DNA from: Batkoa obscura
Lineage: Eukaryota
Direction of reading: 5' to 3'
Assembly (NCBI GenBank): GCA_030770535.1
Contig: JASVEC010000021.1
Span: 682,001 to 746,000 of the forward strand
Length of the DNA: 64,000 nt
The notes beneath the pieces were generated by a model. The model was not told where the DNA came from and ran no database searches. It saw only the letters and a list, made by a program, of their open reading frames with translations. Each line of letters begins with the position of its first letter. Position 1 is the first letter of the stretch. A program made the position numbers and the translations under genes. Positions 15,035 through 27,738 of the stretch are shown in pieces.

Positions 15035-15673
15035 CTACAACAAGAAAGTAAATGCAACCAAGCCCATGGAAGCGAATGAATAATATACTGGGCTTAGACT
15101 TATGGCATTTGATTTAGGACCTGTTTTAGAAGCAGTACTATCGGTACTATTGGTCAATACGAGTTTAGGAGCTGGAGTTTTTTCAGGATTTTGACCTGGG
15201 TTTCCAGGCCATGAAGACCAGTCACCAGTACCGTTTTTACAATATTGCATGGTAGGGAAATAGATGGTATTATTGTAAGTAGCAGTAAGAGGTAATTTAA
15301 GAGAAAGTCCAAAATCCATAAATTGATCATGGGGTAATTCAGCATTATTTTGAGCTTCCCAAGTAACTGAATTAGGGACTTTGGATGCTCCACCTGATTC
15401 TCCTTCAGTGCTGTTGGTACTACCTTGTTTATCATTAGGGTAACCATAACTTACTTTCCATCCAGAAACGCTTTGAGCAGTGGCTCCAGTAGTTAAATCA
15501 TCAGTGAGATTTACCGTTACTTTGGTAGTACCAGATGTACCACAACCATGAGGTACACGAATAAAAGTAACAAAATAGCTACCAGCTAATCCAACAGCGG
15601 GATTAGCAGTCACATGAGATGAAATAGAGTTCAAAAAAAGGGAAGTTACAGCGAGTAATGAGATGGATTTCAT
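15035..15673 (-). CDS. YcnI/DUF1775-family copper-binding-type secreted protein with GPI-anchor-like C-terminus; intronless
   Basis: Signal peptide ending ISS|H20, then HVTANP..AGSY..RVPHGC..TTKVTV, GWKV, SVTW, FPTMQYC..W and PAPKLVL, matching the YcnI pattern. A Ser/Thr linker, S188-N189-A190 and a hydrophobic tail follow. Confidence 0.8.
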   Translation of the reverse strand: MKSISLLAVTSLFLNSISSHVTANPAVGLAGSYFVTFIRVPHGCGTSGTTKVTVNLTDDLTTGATAQSVSGWKVSYGYPNDKQGSTNSTEGESGGASKVPNSVTWEAQNNAELPHDQFMDFGLSLKLPLTATYNNTIYFPTMQYCKNGTGDWSSWPGNPGQNPEKTPAPKLVLTNSTDSTASKTGPKSNAISLSPVYYSFASMGLVAFTFLL

Positions 15674-17364
15674 AATTTTTGAATTAAGTATTAAATGTAG
15701 AAAATGAAAATTTAAATAATGATATGATAAGAGTGAATAGTAGATATTTTGAGTATTTATACTATTTTTTAGTAGTCAGATCCTCTTTTATTTTTGTAAA
15801 TTATAAACTTGCCATTTTGAAACTTTTAAAGATCATCTGGTTTTAGCAGTGTTTTAAAAAAGCTGCTTATGCTAATTTCTATTTATTCTAGAAGTTGAAG
15901 AAACCAATAACAAGTTTTATTCGGATGATTATTTTCAAGACAACGATTTTAGAAAGCATAAACTTAATTATATTTACCTAATTGATTAACAAATAAAAGC
16001 TAACCCATAACTGATTAAGGTTATGCTACCACCTTAAACCGTTTTTCTTTTTATTCTACAGTTTTAACTATTTGTAAATTCTCCTTTTTTTTCTTTTTGT
16101 TCTAACCTGTTAGATAAAATCTAAGTTTATTTAGAATGTTTTAATAGATACGAAGCTTTAGAATTCCAACTAGCCTTATTCGATCATTCTTTCTGTTATA
16201 TTGCCATTATTATAAATAGAGTTAACTTACAAAGTATTATTTCTTTTTAAGTGATGTCCTTCTCCCTTAAGCGAACCATAAATTCAAATGATTTATTCTA
16301 GAAACTTCTTTAGCTTAAATTTACTATTTTTGGTTCATGAACCTTTTATTGTTTGTAATTAATTTATGTAATCATTTTTCGATAAAAAATAGTTTGATTA
16401 AAATTTGTAATTTTTTAGTCAGTGCTAATTATTTATATTATAAAGTTATAATCTGCAATTATTTAGTATTTTAAAAAAGCGTATTCACAAAGGTTTAATA
16501 TAAAATTCTATTAAAAATACAAGAAAAGCATTAATTTCATTTGTCTCGCTTTAAAAGTATAACTCAACTTTGACCCGGAAAATAAAACTAGAATAAAGCT
16601 TATTTATTGTTTACAAGTTTTTAACTAGTAGACACTTATATAAAATATTCAAACAATTTTATGAAGATTACAAGCTATTCAAATAGTTGAACTTATAGTT
16701 AGGTTTTATTTAAATGAATATAAGTAATTAACTTTTTTCTACAAAACGCTTTCAAATTAAGCAACCTTTTTAAATTCATTTTATTATATTATATAAACTA
16801 CTTTATATGGTTATAATATATCTAATGTTTTACTATTAAATGTTATTTAGTAAATAAATAGATACTATTTCAATTCGTGTAGCTTTGATTTATTGATTTT
16901 TATTTATTAAAATAAAATATTATATATTTTTTATTCACAATTATTCATTTCTCAAGTCAAAAAACTCAAATCCTAAAATCCTAAAAAATAGTCCAACTAG
17001 GTTATAACTGCCACAGCTCTATTTTGACCTATTTTGCGATAATCCTTAGAACTAAATATTTGCTTATTTGGCTTTTTTAAAGCCCAACCTTTGTTAGGAG
17101 TTTTGTTAATTATTTTTTTAATTGAACAGTTGAGTAGATTGCAAATGAGTTGCAGTAGGTGTAAAAAAGGTGATTTTTAAAACAAAGTTCATTTTAAAAT
17201 TTTCAACACAAAAAATAGAAATTATAATAAAATATTAACAAATTTTCAACAAATTCCATCTTTTTTTTACCCAATGATAGTCATTTTAATAACATAAGGT
17301 GGCACTTTAGTTAAAAACATTTTATCTTTATTTCTTTAATTTTAATTTTTACTATCATCGCGCC

Positions 17365-19116
17365 ATGGATTTGAGCAGTAAACTGAACCAACTGATCATC
17401 ATCGATGGAAGTAACGAATTGGAGGGACAAAGTCAACCAATTATCCCTATTTTACAATCCAGTTTAAGGAATCAAACACAGAATGAGATATTAGAAAAAT
17501 TAAATGATTTATTAAATAAAAAAGAATTAGAGATTGAAAAGCTATGCTATTCACATTATCAAGTAAGTAAGAGAGAGAAAAACAAATTAAAGATTATTAG
17601 AAAAATGAAACATAAATGGATAGATATTATGAGTTAAATTGATTTTTTATTGTTTAGGAGTTTATTCAATCCGTAGATCAATTACTTGAAGTAAAAAAGG
17701 GGACTAGTACTTTAAAAGAAAATATATTAGAAGTTAACGAAAGTTTACAACAATCTGGGAATAAATTATTGGCTACGGTAACTATAAAAAATTCAAAATT
17801 CAAAATTCAAAATAAATTAATTCAAGATTTAAAAGAAAAGTGAGTTAATCCAACATCGCCGTATCCAACAAAATATTGAAACTTGTATTGAAACTTTACA
17901 GACTTGTTTGCATATTTTAAAGTTAGCTAATAGAGTTAATACTCTATTGAATCAAAGGAATTATTTTTCGGCTTTGAAAGTAAGCTTTTTAATTTTCTGT
18001 TTTGATTTTAATATTTTTAGACTTTAGATGAGTTGCAAAACGAACATTTACCTCATATCAATCAATATTTGTTTGCTAAATATATGGGTAATAATTTAAT
18101 ATATAATAAAATAAAGCAACATTAAATAATAACTAGAGGAGTGTATACCAAGTATGAGGGATTTAGTGAAACAAGCGGTTATTTTAGAAAAGAGAGATTG
18201 GTTGTTACAGTAATCTGAATGAATTATATTTAATTAACATTTAATTAATAAATTAATTAATAGATTAAAAGAACAGAGTCGAAATTATGGCTTATCAAAG
18301 ATACAAAAGATGTTAGATAAACAACAGAGTTGGGTTGTAAGACAAAAAAAAGAAAATTCAAATTATCCAGCGGCTATTCATCTTGTTAAAGATGAGTTAG
18401 AAATTGGTATGTAGTTTTAGAGCTCAACTATAAGTTTAGAATTTTAATATGTTTTTTAAGATGAAGAAGAAGATATCATGGAATTAGATTTCCAGCCGTT
18501 TTACCAATGTTTACATATCCATCACAAATTAGGTTCTTTTGAAGAATTCCAAAAATCTTTTGAAGAGGAACGAAGAGTAAGTCAAATAATACAGTTTTTT
18601 TTAAAATTATTTTTAACTATTATCCATCAATAGCAAATGGCCATTAATTTAAGTGAAACGAATTTAATTTTGGGCAAGAAAAGTTTAGATTTATTTCAAA
18701 TTCATTTAGCAGATATCCTAGGTTTCTTTCAAATTGAAAGAACTATTATTAATACTACAACGAGATTTAGATATCCTACAGATGTAAGTTGGAGTTTTTT
18801 GATTGATTTTTCTTTCTCTTTCTCTTTCTCTTTCTCTTTAATATCACATATCTTATTTTTGCAAATATAGGTCGAAATTTTATGGACTTTATTAACAAAT
18901 AAATTATTGGATGAAATCTCTCGTGGGTTGGGTATTGCTTCAATGGAAAATACATTACCAGATATTAAGAAAAATTTAGTCGCTTTTATACAACTTGGGG
19001 AGGTAATAGAAGTTTATTAGTTATATTATGGTATTTACTTAAAATTCATTGAATAGGATTTCGGTTACGATGTACGTAAATTAAACCAGTTTTTAGATGC
19101 TTTGGCTTCTTTTTAA
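17365..19116 (+). CDS. SEC15: Exocyst subunit Sec15/EXOC6, N-terminal half only (10 exons, 400 aa)
   Basis: Exons 17365-17562, 17658-17777, 17836-17979, 18021-18087, 18137-18209, 18264-18406, 18461-18576, 18634-18783, 18871-19002 and 19057-19116 splice in frame (1203 nt). Motifs EIEKLCYSHYQEFIQSVDQLL, YFSALKTLDELQ, LDFQPFYQCLHIH and ILGFFQIE. Confidence 0.85.
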
Positions 19117-19376
19117 GTTGTATAATTAAAGTTTTATTGACGAACATAACCTTGAAGCGAACCTTTATTAATTATTTCATATTATGTTTTTATTAAAGTA
19201 ATTTGATTAACTTTTCTTACTTTAATTAATGAGATAAAGTATTTATTTAGTAAATATTTAACGTTTTTAGAAGAAAAAAAAGGCAAAATTTTTAAAAATA
19301 TTAAGTATCCTATAAGTTAAATTTTATATTGGAATTATATGAATAGTACTAATACATTGAAAATAAGATTATATAT

Positions 19377-19472
19377 GAATATCTATTTTTATGTTTAAGA
19401 ATTTTACTACCGATTTTTCCACTCAAATAGTGCTCAAAAGATGAAAAAAGTGAAGCCGAAAAAAGTACCCCC
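19377..19472 (+). mobile_element. ~100-bp MITE copy (diverged)
   Basis: Internal consensus match; right end CCCCC-ATAT. Confidence 0.8.
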
Positions 19473-19475
19473 ATA

Positions 19476-20040
19476 TTTATAAAATAATAAGGATTTTAAA
19501 TATTATTTGAAATGTTGATTTACCTTTTGAAACAAATATTTATTCTTATTAATAAGAACAACTTTTATCTGTTATAATTCTTAATAGCGTTATTGTTGAT
19601 AACGTTACTATTGTTAGATAGTAGACAAGAGTACCCTTAATAAATAAAACATTATGGGGTTTTGAGTATCTTAAATTAGTTTTTTTTATAAAATAATTAT
19701 ATTGTCATCAATTACAAAACTAATATGAATAAATAATAATTTCAAAATGTTTTTGGGGATATTTATCTATTATCATAACTAACGCCATTATTATTATTAG
19801 TAAATAAAAGTCTCCCCAAAACTCATTTTAGTTTTATTTTGTCTTTACTTTTGAATTTAATTCTTTTATTCTTTAATAAGTAGTGCTTATTAGTTATATT
19901 GATATTTGAGGGTATTCATCTATCTACTATTGATAATGATAGTATGAGTGATAACAGTCAATTAGTTTGCTTGAAATTTCATGAAATAAAAATGATAACA
20001 TTATTCAAAAACATTTTAAATTCTAAATTTATTTAATAAA
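19476..20040. repeat. Degenerate long inverted repeat (foldback) centred near 19783
   Basis: Three nested arm pairs match as reverse complements, for example aaaatgtttttggggat/tctccccaaaactcatttt and atagtagacaagagtaccct/agggtattcatctatctactat. Confidence 0.6.
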
Positions 20041-22085
20041 AATTACTTCCTACAATTAAATAAAAATAAAACTTGATTATACACATTATAAATAAATCCT
20101 GAGCTAATGCCTATTAATGCTTAGACTTTATTACTAAAATTAGATTATAATGTTATTCGGATTGCTCATGATTATTATCTTGTAATTTTAAATCCTTATC
20201 ACTTATACAGAATAGATCAAAATTTTCAATAAGAATCTTATAAGCTCGAAACCCCAATATTATATTTTACATCAATAAAAATATATATATAAAACATTAT
20301 GACTATAATTAGTATATTGATAATTCCAGATAGTCATAATTTAATATATTAATAATCTAATATACTAATGATTTAATATATCAATAATATAATATCTATC
20401 ATATTATAGAAAAAAGTAGCATCCCCAATAATGACAACTAAGTAATCTAAGTGAATTAAAAGTAATAACCTGAAAGTTTGATTTTTAAATCAAAAGCTGG
20501 TAAGTGTGGTTTACTGTTTATTTGATAATGCCAAGATAACTAGGTTTTATAAATTAGATAACGCCATTTTCTAAAAATTCCATTTTAAAAAAGATCCAGA
20601 GTTTTATTCTATTTGAAATTATTTATTCTAATTATTTTATTATTTGAATAAAATCTCAAAACTATAATAGCATTAAGTAAAAACTATTGAAATAAAAAAG
20701 TAACAATTTAATAAATATACTACCAATTCCTCCTCTAATTTTGATCTTATGACTTATACTTCACATTGTTGTAAATAGCTCCACAATCCTTTTATCTTAG
20801 CATAAGCATTAACAACCACTCAAATATCAAGCTTTACAGTCAAAATCAAGATCATCTTATTTAAATGCATCTTCAAGTAATTTATTAATCTTCAAAAAAT
20901 TCTACCCAACAACCCAAAAATGGCATATATCAAATTAAGTGGGGGTAAGTAAGGATCCCTTAACGTTTTTATTCTTTGATTCAATATTAAGGGTACTTTT
21001 GGTGATAAAAAATGAGAATCGAATATTGTGTAAGCTTGGTTTTAGAGAAGAACTCTTATATTAAAGAAGTAGATAACGAGAAAATGATCGGATATTTTTA
21101 AAACAAAAAGTTTTATTAAATATTCTTGATTATTTCATATTTAGATTTAAACTAAGAAAGGAGGGATGAGTTCATGAGATATAATTAAAACAAGGTTCTA
21201 TCAAAAAATTTTCTATTGTTTTAAAATTGAGGAATTATAATGTTTTGCTTAAATAATTAAAATAACGTTTCACTTATTCTGTGGTATTATATAAGAAAGT
21301 GTGAATTTCGATATTTCATTATTATTTATCTTTTATTGAAACTAAAAATAAATATTAAAAAGTTATTTCACATCTCCTTTGAATTAAAATTATGACTCAC
21401 CGATCAACCATAATTACTACAACTAAATAATAAATTATAATTTTGATATATTTATTTTGATAGGATTATCTTAAAGACTAAATGTATTATTATTAATATA
21501 ACAAAAATATATATAAAAATCTCCATTGAAATAAACGCTATGATTTCAGTCTTAGATCACTTTTGATAACACTCTTGTTTAAACCAACCAATTAAGTTGA
21601 TTTCTAACCCATGGACCTCAATGACATTGTAATTTTAGTTTTATGAATGGATTGTATAAATTAATACAAAAAAATACTTGTAACAAATGCTTATCTAATT
21701 CCCACTAACTTAAAATAGCTATATCACCATGATACCTTTGTGGCCAATCGTTATAATAATCTTTGTTGAGTTAAGGGTAAGTTGCCATCATTTTTCAAAA
21801 TTGGACCAATCTTTTTTTAGCATTTATAAATACTTAATGAAATTAAATTAAATGTTCTGGGGTTGAAAAAATAATTACTCCATAAATATTAAAGTTAATG
21901 AGTAGTAAATTAATTATGGTAATGATTTTTATACGCTATCTAAAAAAAGTATATAAATAAACTTAAAAATCAATTTAAATTTACAAAAAAAATTTGAATT
22001 ATTTTTTATATATAACTTATATCTCTTATTTGTTTCTCTTTGTTCTCTTTATTCCCTTTCTTTATTATTTTTATAATTAGTCATT

Positions 22086-23144
22086 ATGTTTTTTTTAAAT
22101 AATCAAGTTAAAGCATCAATTGAATTATTAGAAGATGTTATCAATTTACACGGCGATACTAATGAAAGTCATGGTAATATAATTAAAGGAAGAGTGAGAA
22201 TTGAAAACAACCTTAATACAACTCCAATAATCGAAGATAATGACAAAGGAAGCATTGTTGTTCATCAAATGAAGTTAAACTTAGTTGGAAATAATCAAGT
22301 TAATTTTACTAATAATCAAAAAAGCTATCAAGCAAAACAAACTATATTAAATCAATCTTTGGATTTACTACAAGATAATAGAAACAATAATAATACAGAA
22401 GATGAAGTAATATTAAACCGAGGAATTCATTATTTTACTTTTAATTTTTTAATTGAGGGTAACTTAAACAATAGTATTACAATTAAAAATGGTAAATTGA
22501 CCTATGATATTCAATTACTTTTCCATTATCTCCCTATGAATTTTAAATTGAATCAACTCTTACCTATTAAGTTCTATTTAAAATCGAATGCCACTAGATC
22601 TATTAACATTCATCGTTTACCTTTACCTACCTGTCCAATCATGAATAATATGATTCAATTTACTAACAAGAGCAATGATTTGACTTATAATATTTATTGT
22701 TTATCTTCTTGTTTTGGCAACCAAGATCCCGTGACTGTATTTTTTAACTTCAATTTATTAAATCAAAACGATACTATTGATAGTATTATTTGTTTAATTA
22801 AGCGAGAAATTATTTATAAAAGTGAATATTCCAACTGTACTAAAACTAAAAATTATATCCTCGACTCCTCTACTGTATTAATCAATAGCAATACTAACTC
22901 TGTAAGTAGTGTTAATGAATTCAAAATTGATTTAAATATCAACAAAAATCCAAAACAAGATTATTATTATAACTGTAATAACAATTTATTTACAATTAAC
23001 CATTATTTAAAAATCAAAATTAATTTTAAAAATAATCAAAAAAATTTATTTTTAAATCATCCCATCTGTTTGTTACCTTTGTCCTCAAAAGATACTATCT
23101 TAAATAGTTTACCTAACTATGAATTACCCCCTCCTCCCTTTTAA
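22086..23144 (+). CDS. Alpha-arrestin (arrestin N/C domains with C-terminal PY-like motif); intronless
   Basis: IIKGRVRI, GIHYFTFNFLIEG..SI...G.LTY, FTINHYLKIKI and a terminal LPNY/PPPP motif. Confidence 0.8.
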   Translation: MFFLNNQVKASIELLEDVINLHGDTNESHGNIIKGRVRIENNLNTTPIIEDNDKGSIVVHQMKLNLVGNNQVNFTNNQKSYQAKQTILNQSLDLLQDNRNNNNTEDEVILNRGIHYFTFNFLIEGNLNNSITIKNGKLTYDIQLLFHYLPMNFKLNQLLPIKFYLKSNATRSINIHRLPLPTCPIMNNMIQFTNKSNDLTYNIYCLSSCFGNQDPVTVFFNFNLLNQNDTIDSIICLIKREIIYKSEYSNCTKTKNYILDSSTVLINSNTNSVSSVNEFKIDLNINKNPKQDYYYNCNNNLFTINHYLKIKINFKNNQKNLFLNHPICLLPLSSKDTILNSLPNYELPPPPF

Positions 23145-23238
23145 TTAATACTAATAAATGTAATTATTTAATTAACTTATTATTTCATTCTATATTTTAT
23201 TTATTTATTTATTTATTAATACTTTATGTTGTCTTAGT

Positions 23239-25293
23239 TTATATTTTACTATTATTACTCTCTAATGACTCCCATAAAAGATCTATTAAATTTAATAAAT
23301 TAAATTGAAATAGATATTTATCTACATTAACATCGGGCAATAATATTTCGAAACATTGAATCAAATAAAAATAACTCATGTTCAATGGCAATTGATTAAT
23401 TAAGTATATCATTCTTTTCTTATCATTAAACTTTATAAATGTATAGTATATAATTTTTAATTGTTGATTACTATACTTTATACTTTTACTAGCCTCTATA
23501 TTATTATTATTATTATTATTATTTACTACACTATTATTATACTCCATAGAATGTTTATTAACATCCTGAATCAATTCAGCTAAAAACTGTTTATTACCAA
23601 TTAGTTGATAAATCACCTCTAACCTATCAAATTTAAATAAGGATTCTAAATCCTCAGCTGTAACCTCATTGATGTTAACAGTCTCTTCATTAGCTAACTT
23701 AAAATACAACCACATTTTATTATTCATTTGTAAATTTAAACTTCTAACTGTAATATCAAATTCCTCCTTCCCAATCTTCTTCTCTATACAACTATCAATC
23801 AAATTCATAATCAATTTTTCTTTAGTGATTTTAAATTTCGGTAAATAAAATAAATATTTTTTTAATAACTCTTGTTTCCTTTTAAAAGTATACTTTTGAT
23901 TCATAATTAAACTTTCTGTTAATTTATAATTCTTATTTTTAATTCCCATTTCTTCTATTATTTCTATAATTTCATTGTCTTTAATTTGTTGGATTAATTC
24001 AACTAAATTGAAGTCATTGTATAATTTATGTTCTATCTCATTGCTTTTCTCTATATTAATATTCTTATCCTCCGTCAATAACTCCAAATTCGTATTAAAG
24101 GACTCTAAAAGCATTTGGTATTCCTGGTGATTATACAGCTCCAATAACAAATTGATTTGAATTTTCCCATCGTTTAATCCTCTAATTTTAGCTAATTTCA
24201 ATAAATATTCTACTTTATCTAGTTGTTTATTCCTAATCAATGCTATACAACAATTGGTGACAATTTGTTCATTAATTAACCCTGGATATTGTTCCCATAA
24301 CTCAATTAACTCTTCAAAATAATTCCATTTAATACAATGTAAAAATATCAAATTCAAGTGATTGGGGTTTAATATAACATTCTCAAATGCTTCGATTCTC
24401 TCATAATTGACCTGATATTTAGCTGGATTTAATTCACTGGGTTTGACCTCCTGGATCTTTATCGTACTATTAATTAGTTGAAATACCAATTGAATATCCA
24501 CTTGTATATCATTATTATATAAGTAATACTCTAATATATTATAGTAAACTTTATTAATATATTTTGGATAATCTCTAAAACAATAAACTTCTTCCCAATT
24601 TAATTTAAATTCTTTGGCTTTTTGTAAAAACAAAAAATAGCGATATTCTAACTCCAGTTCCTTACTTAACTCTTTATTTTTTCTGATACTGTATTCAATC
24701 AATTGTAAATCCTTTTCATCAAATTTCTTATGTTGCTTCATCAAGTCCAACACTGATTTCATCTCCATTTCATCTCGTTTCCATTCCTTGTTGACCTTGA
24801 TTTCCATTATCCACTTCCTCACCACTTTATCGAGTAATTTATTATAGAAAACAATATGCTTACCTTTCTCCATCGTCTTCGCAATATCCACATAATCAAA
24901 ACCTGAATTCAGCATATTATCTATCAACAAGACAAAATTAAATGGTAACAACTTAGCCACGTCAATAATCTCTAAAATCTCCTCTATTCTCTTTTTATCA
25001 CCGCTAATCCTTTTATCTTCTAATAATCGATTATAGAATAGATTCAATATATTCATATCTCTCAAATTTAATGGGCTATAATTCAATTGTAATTTGGCTA
25101 TTTGCTGTAGGATGGAGTCATATTCTTTATATACAATGGAACTATTGAGATGATGGTAATCGGAAGTTAAATTTTGTAACTCTTTTTTCATTAAACTGAT
25201 GTTGTGGGCACTTCTTAAAGTTATTAAGTTGGGTTGCAATTTTATACTGTTAAGAATTGCTGTCAATATCCGCGGTTGATGTAATAGTTTCAT
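23239..25293 (-). CDS. Uncharacterised 684-aa helical protein, possibly mitochondrial and PPR-like; intronless
   Basis: Long open frame with an acid-free basic N-terminus (MKLLHQPRILTAILNS...LRSAH). Segments such as IVTNCCIALIRNKQLDKVEYLL resemble PPR repeats. The product call is an inference. Confidence 0.55.
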   Translation of the reverse strand: MKLLHQPRILTAILNSIKLQPNLITLRSAHNISLMKKELQNLTSDYHHLNSSIVYKEYDSILQQIAKLQLNYSPLNLRDMNILNLFYNRLLEDKRISGDKKRIEEILEIIDVAKLLPFNFVLLIDNMLNSGFDYVDIAKTMEKGKHIVFYNKLLDKVVRKWIMEIKVNKEWKRDEMEMKSVLDLMKQHKKFDEKDLQLIEYSIRKNKELSKELELEYRYFLFLQKAKEFKLNWEEVYCFRDYPKYINKVYYNILEYYLYNNDIQVDIQLVFQLINSTIKIQEVKPSELNPAKYQVNYERIEAFENVILNPNHLNLIFLHCIKWNYFEELIELWEQYPGLINEQIVTNCCIALIRNKQLDKVEYLLKLAKIRGLNDGKIQINLLLELYNHQEYQMLLESFNTNLELLTEDKNINIEKSNEIEHKLYNDFNLVELIQQIKDNEIIEIIEEMGIKNKNYKLTESLIMNQKYTFKRKQELLKKYLFYLPKFKITKEKLIMNLIDSCIEKKIGKEEFDITVRSLNLQMNNKMWLYFKLANEETVNINEVTAEDLESLFKFDRLEVIYQLIGNKQFLAELIQDVNKHSMEYNNSVVNNNNNNNNIEASKSIKYSNQQLKIIYYTFIKFNDKKRMIYLINQLPLNMSYFYLIQCFEILLPDVNVDKYLFQFNLLNLIDLLWESLESNNSKI

Positions 25294-26417
25294 TTTTGGG
25301 TGTTCTTTTTTTTATAAGACGATGCAATAGGAATAACGATTTTTTTTTATAAAATTGGAATCACTCAACCAAGTTGCAGATTAAACTTTGCAATAAAAAT
25401 TTGAGCATTCTTCTACACTAGAACATGAAATCTTTGAAATTAAGTGAATTATGACATTTTTTTTAATTGAAGAATTACTAGCCAAAGCTACAAACTTAAG
25501 TATACCAATGGATTTCATAAACTAGTAAATATCATTGGTAATTCGGTTGAAGTTTTGCCAATTGAATTAACACTGGATTATTCTTAATTTTGATAAACAT
25601 CCCTGAGCTAAAGATTTCACTTCATATTTAAAACTTAACCTTTGATACTTTACAAATTATAGCTATTGAATTCCAGTTTAAACTGTCATATACTATCTAT
25701 AATTTTACTGATTATTATATGTTATTTAAACTACGAATAATGTTGTAATTTTGACATTTATGGGTAAATTGGATAAGGGACTTACAGATGTTAACAATTC
25801 AACAAAACTTAAAACAGTCAAGTTACTAACTGAGTTTGATGTCGAGTTATATTTAACACCTCAAGCTTCGAATTGTTTATAAGATATTGTTGATAATGAA
25901 TTCACAAGTTGGGATATAATTCTATTAAATTTGGATCGTTAATGATGATTAAGCTTGATTACGTTTCCTATCTATAGAGTAATAAAAATGCTACTTTACA
26001 GTTCTTAAATTTTAAAGTACACCCTGCCAGCACTATTTGAGCCTTGTAAGTTACAAAGCTTAGGTGGTCCGGATTTCCCCCCCCCCCCATTATAATAAAA
26101 ACTTTAAAAACTATAGTCTTTATAATCTCTGGGATCGTTTTAAATTTTGTTGATATAATTAGCTGTGGACTATTCTAATAGCTTATTGATGAGCTTTAGG
26201 TTTACCATTATTGAACTTATAGTGACCTATTCCAGGAAGGATCATATAATGGCCTTGAGTCAATAATTTGGGTCTCTTTGCGAAATGAATTTGTAGATTT
26301 TCCATTTAGATTTTTGTTAGTTTAAAAACTGAGATGAGGTTTTATTTTAAACACTATTGAACTGTATTAAATAAATATTAACTCATAATTTCTATTATAT
26401 GAATTAAATTACCATAT

Positions 26418-26515
26418 GGGAGTGTTTTTTTTGACTTCATTATTTTTTCCACTTTTTAAGCGTTATTTAAGCGGAAAATTTGTTAGTAAATTCTTAAACA
26501 CAAAAACACATCCCC
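26418..26515 (-). mobile_element. ~100-bp MITE copy (near consensus)
   Basis: ATAT-GGGAGTG...CATCCCC-ATAT. Confidence 0.9.
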
Positions 26516-27738
26516 ATATGTTAGCCTGATTAAAAGCAAAAGTATAAGAGTAGCACCGTTTAAAGAAATAATTAACAAAACTTGAAGCTTTTGATAATAA
26601 CATTGAAAAGCTAAATAGTTGATTGAAGTTTTGTGAATTTATATTTATTCTGATAGTTTGTGTTTGAACGCTTCATACAAACAGTTTTGGTATTGTTGGT
26701 ATTCAAAGGTAATATAATCCATACTGGTGTATGCGTAATTCGTGGTTAGTTATGTTTAATTAAATCAACAAAAATACACTAAGGCGGTAGTTTATTTGGA
26801 TTTACCAATTACTGATTATTAAGTTTAAAGATTGTTTAGTGTAGAAAATAATATCTAAAGATTAAAAGAAGCTTACTTGAATAAGGTTGTTGGTTGATTG
26901 TATTATTTAGTAAGTTGGTTAATAGTATATGGACTTTATACTTGTCTAAAATATAAGAAGTTATTTTATTATTTTATTCAACATTGGTATTACTTTCATA
27001 GAAACAAAATTATATTTTGATACTAGATGTTTATTTTGGTCAGATCATGTCTTCCTCTTCGTTTTATTTGCTTTCTTAATTTTTATAAATAATTTGATTA
27101 ATATACTTATTGAATATGATGTAGTGATAAAATTTAATAATTTTTTTGTTTCTCCTAATCAATTGGTTGCCTTTTAGTCATCAATAAAGAGCAACAAGCA
27201 TTTAAGTACTTTTATTAAATTGAAAAAATAAACTTTTTGAGAAAATATTATATATGGTAGGTACTATTATTATCTAAGTCATTATTCTATTAACACAATA
27301 ATATAAAAATTGCATCACCATATAGATGATAGCAGCCTCAAAGCAGCAGTATTCTACCCTCCCATTATTAAGTATTTTGTCAAAATTGAGTTTTGAATTA
27401 AGAATATTTAAAAGTCGATGCAACATATTAGTTAGTGCCATTCAGCTTAAGATGGCTAACATTGTAATGAATAAACTAAATCTCTAGTACATATCAGTAC
27501 AATTTAGATCGTGGATATCCATATTTGATTTATTAAGTATAAAGTTATATTGAAAAAAGATTCAAAATCATATACTTTGCTAATATAGCTTTTTTAAACA
27601 TGAAGCATCAAAAACGATTTTATATCATTTTTGCTATTTTTTAAAAACTATATGCCTGTTATAGTGTTTAATAGTATGATTATATGGACTGGTGGAGCTT
27701 ATCTTGTATTGATTTATTGGAACTACGAATTAACATAT

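Noticed and set aside
26077..26088. C12 homopolymer as a G-quadruplex
   Set aside because: Too short for four G3 tracts plus loops, and no other support.
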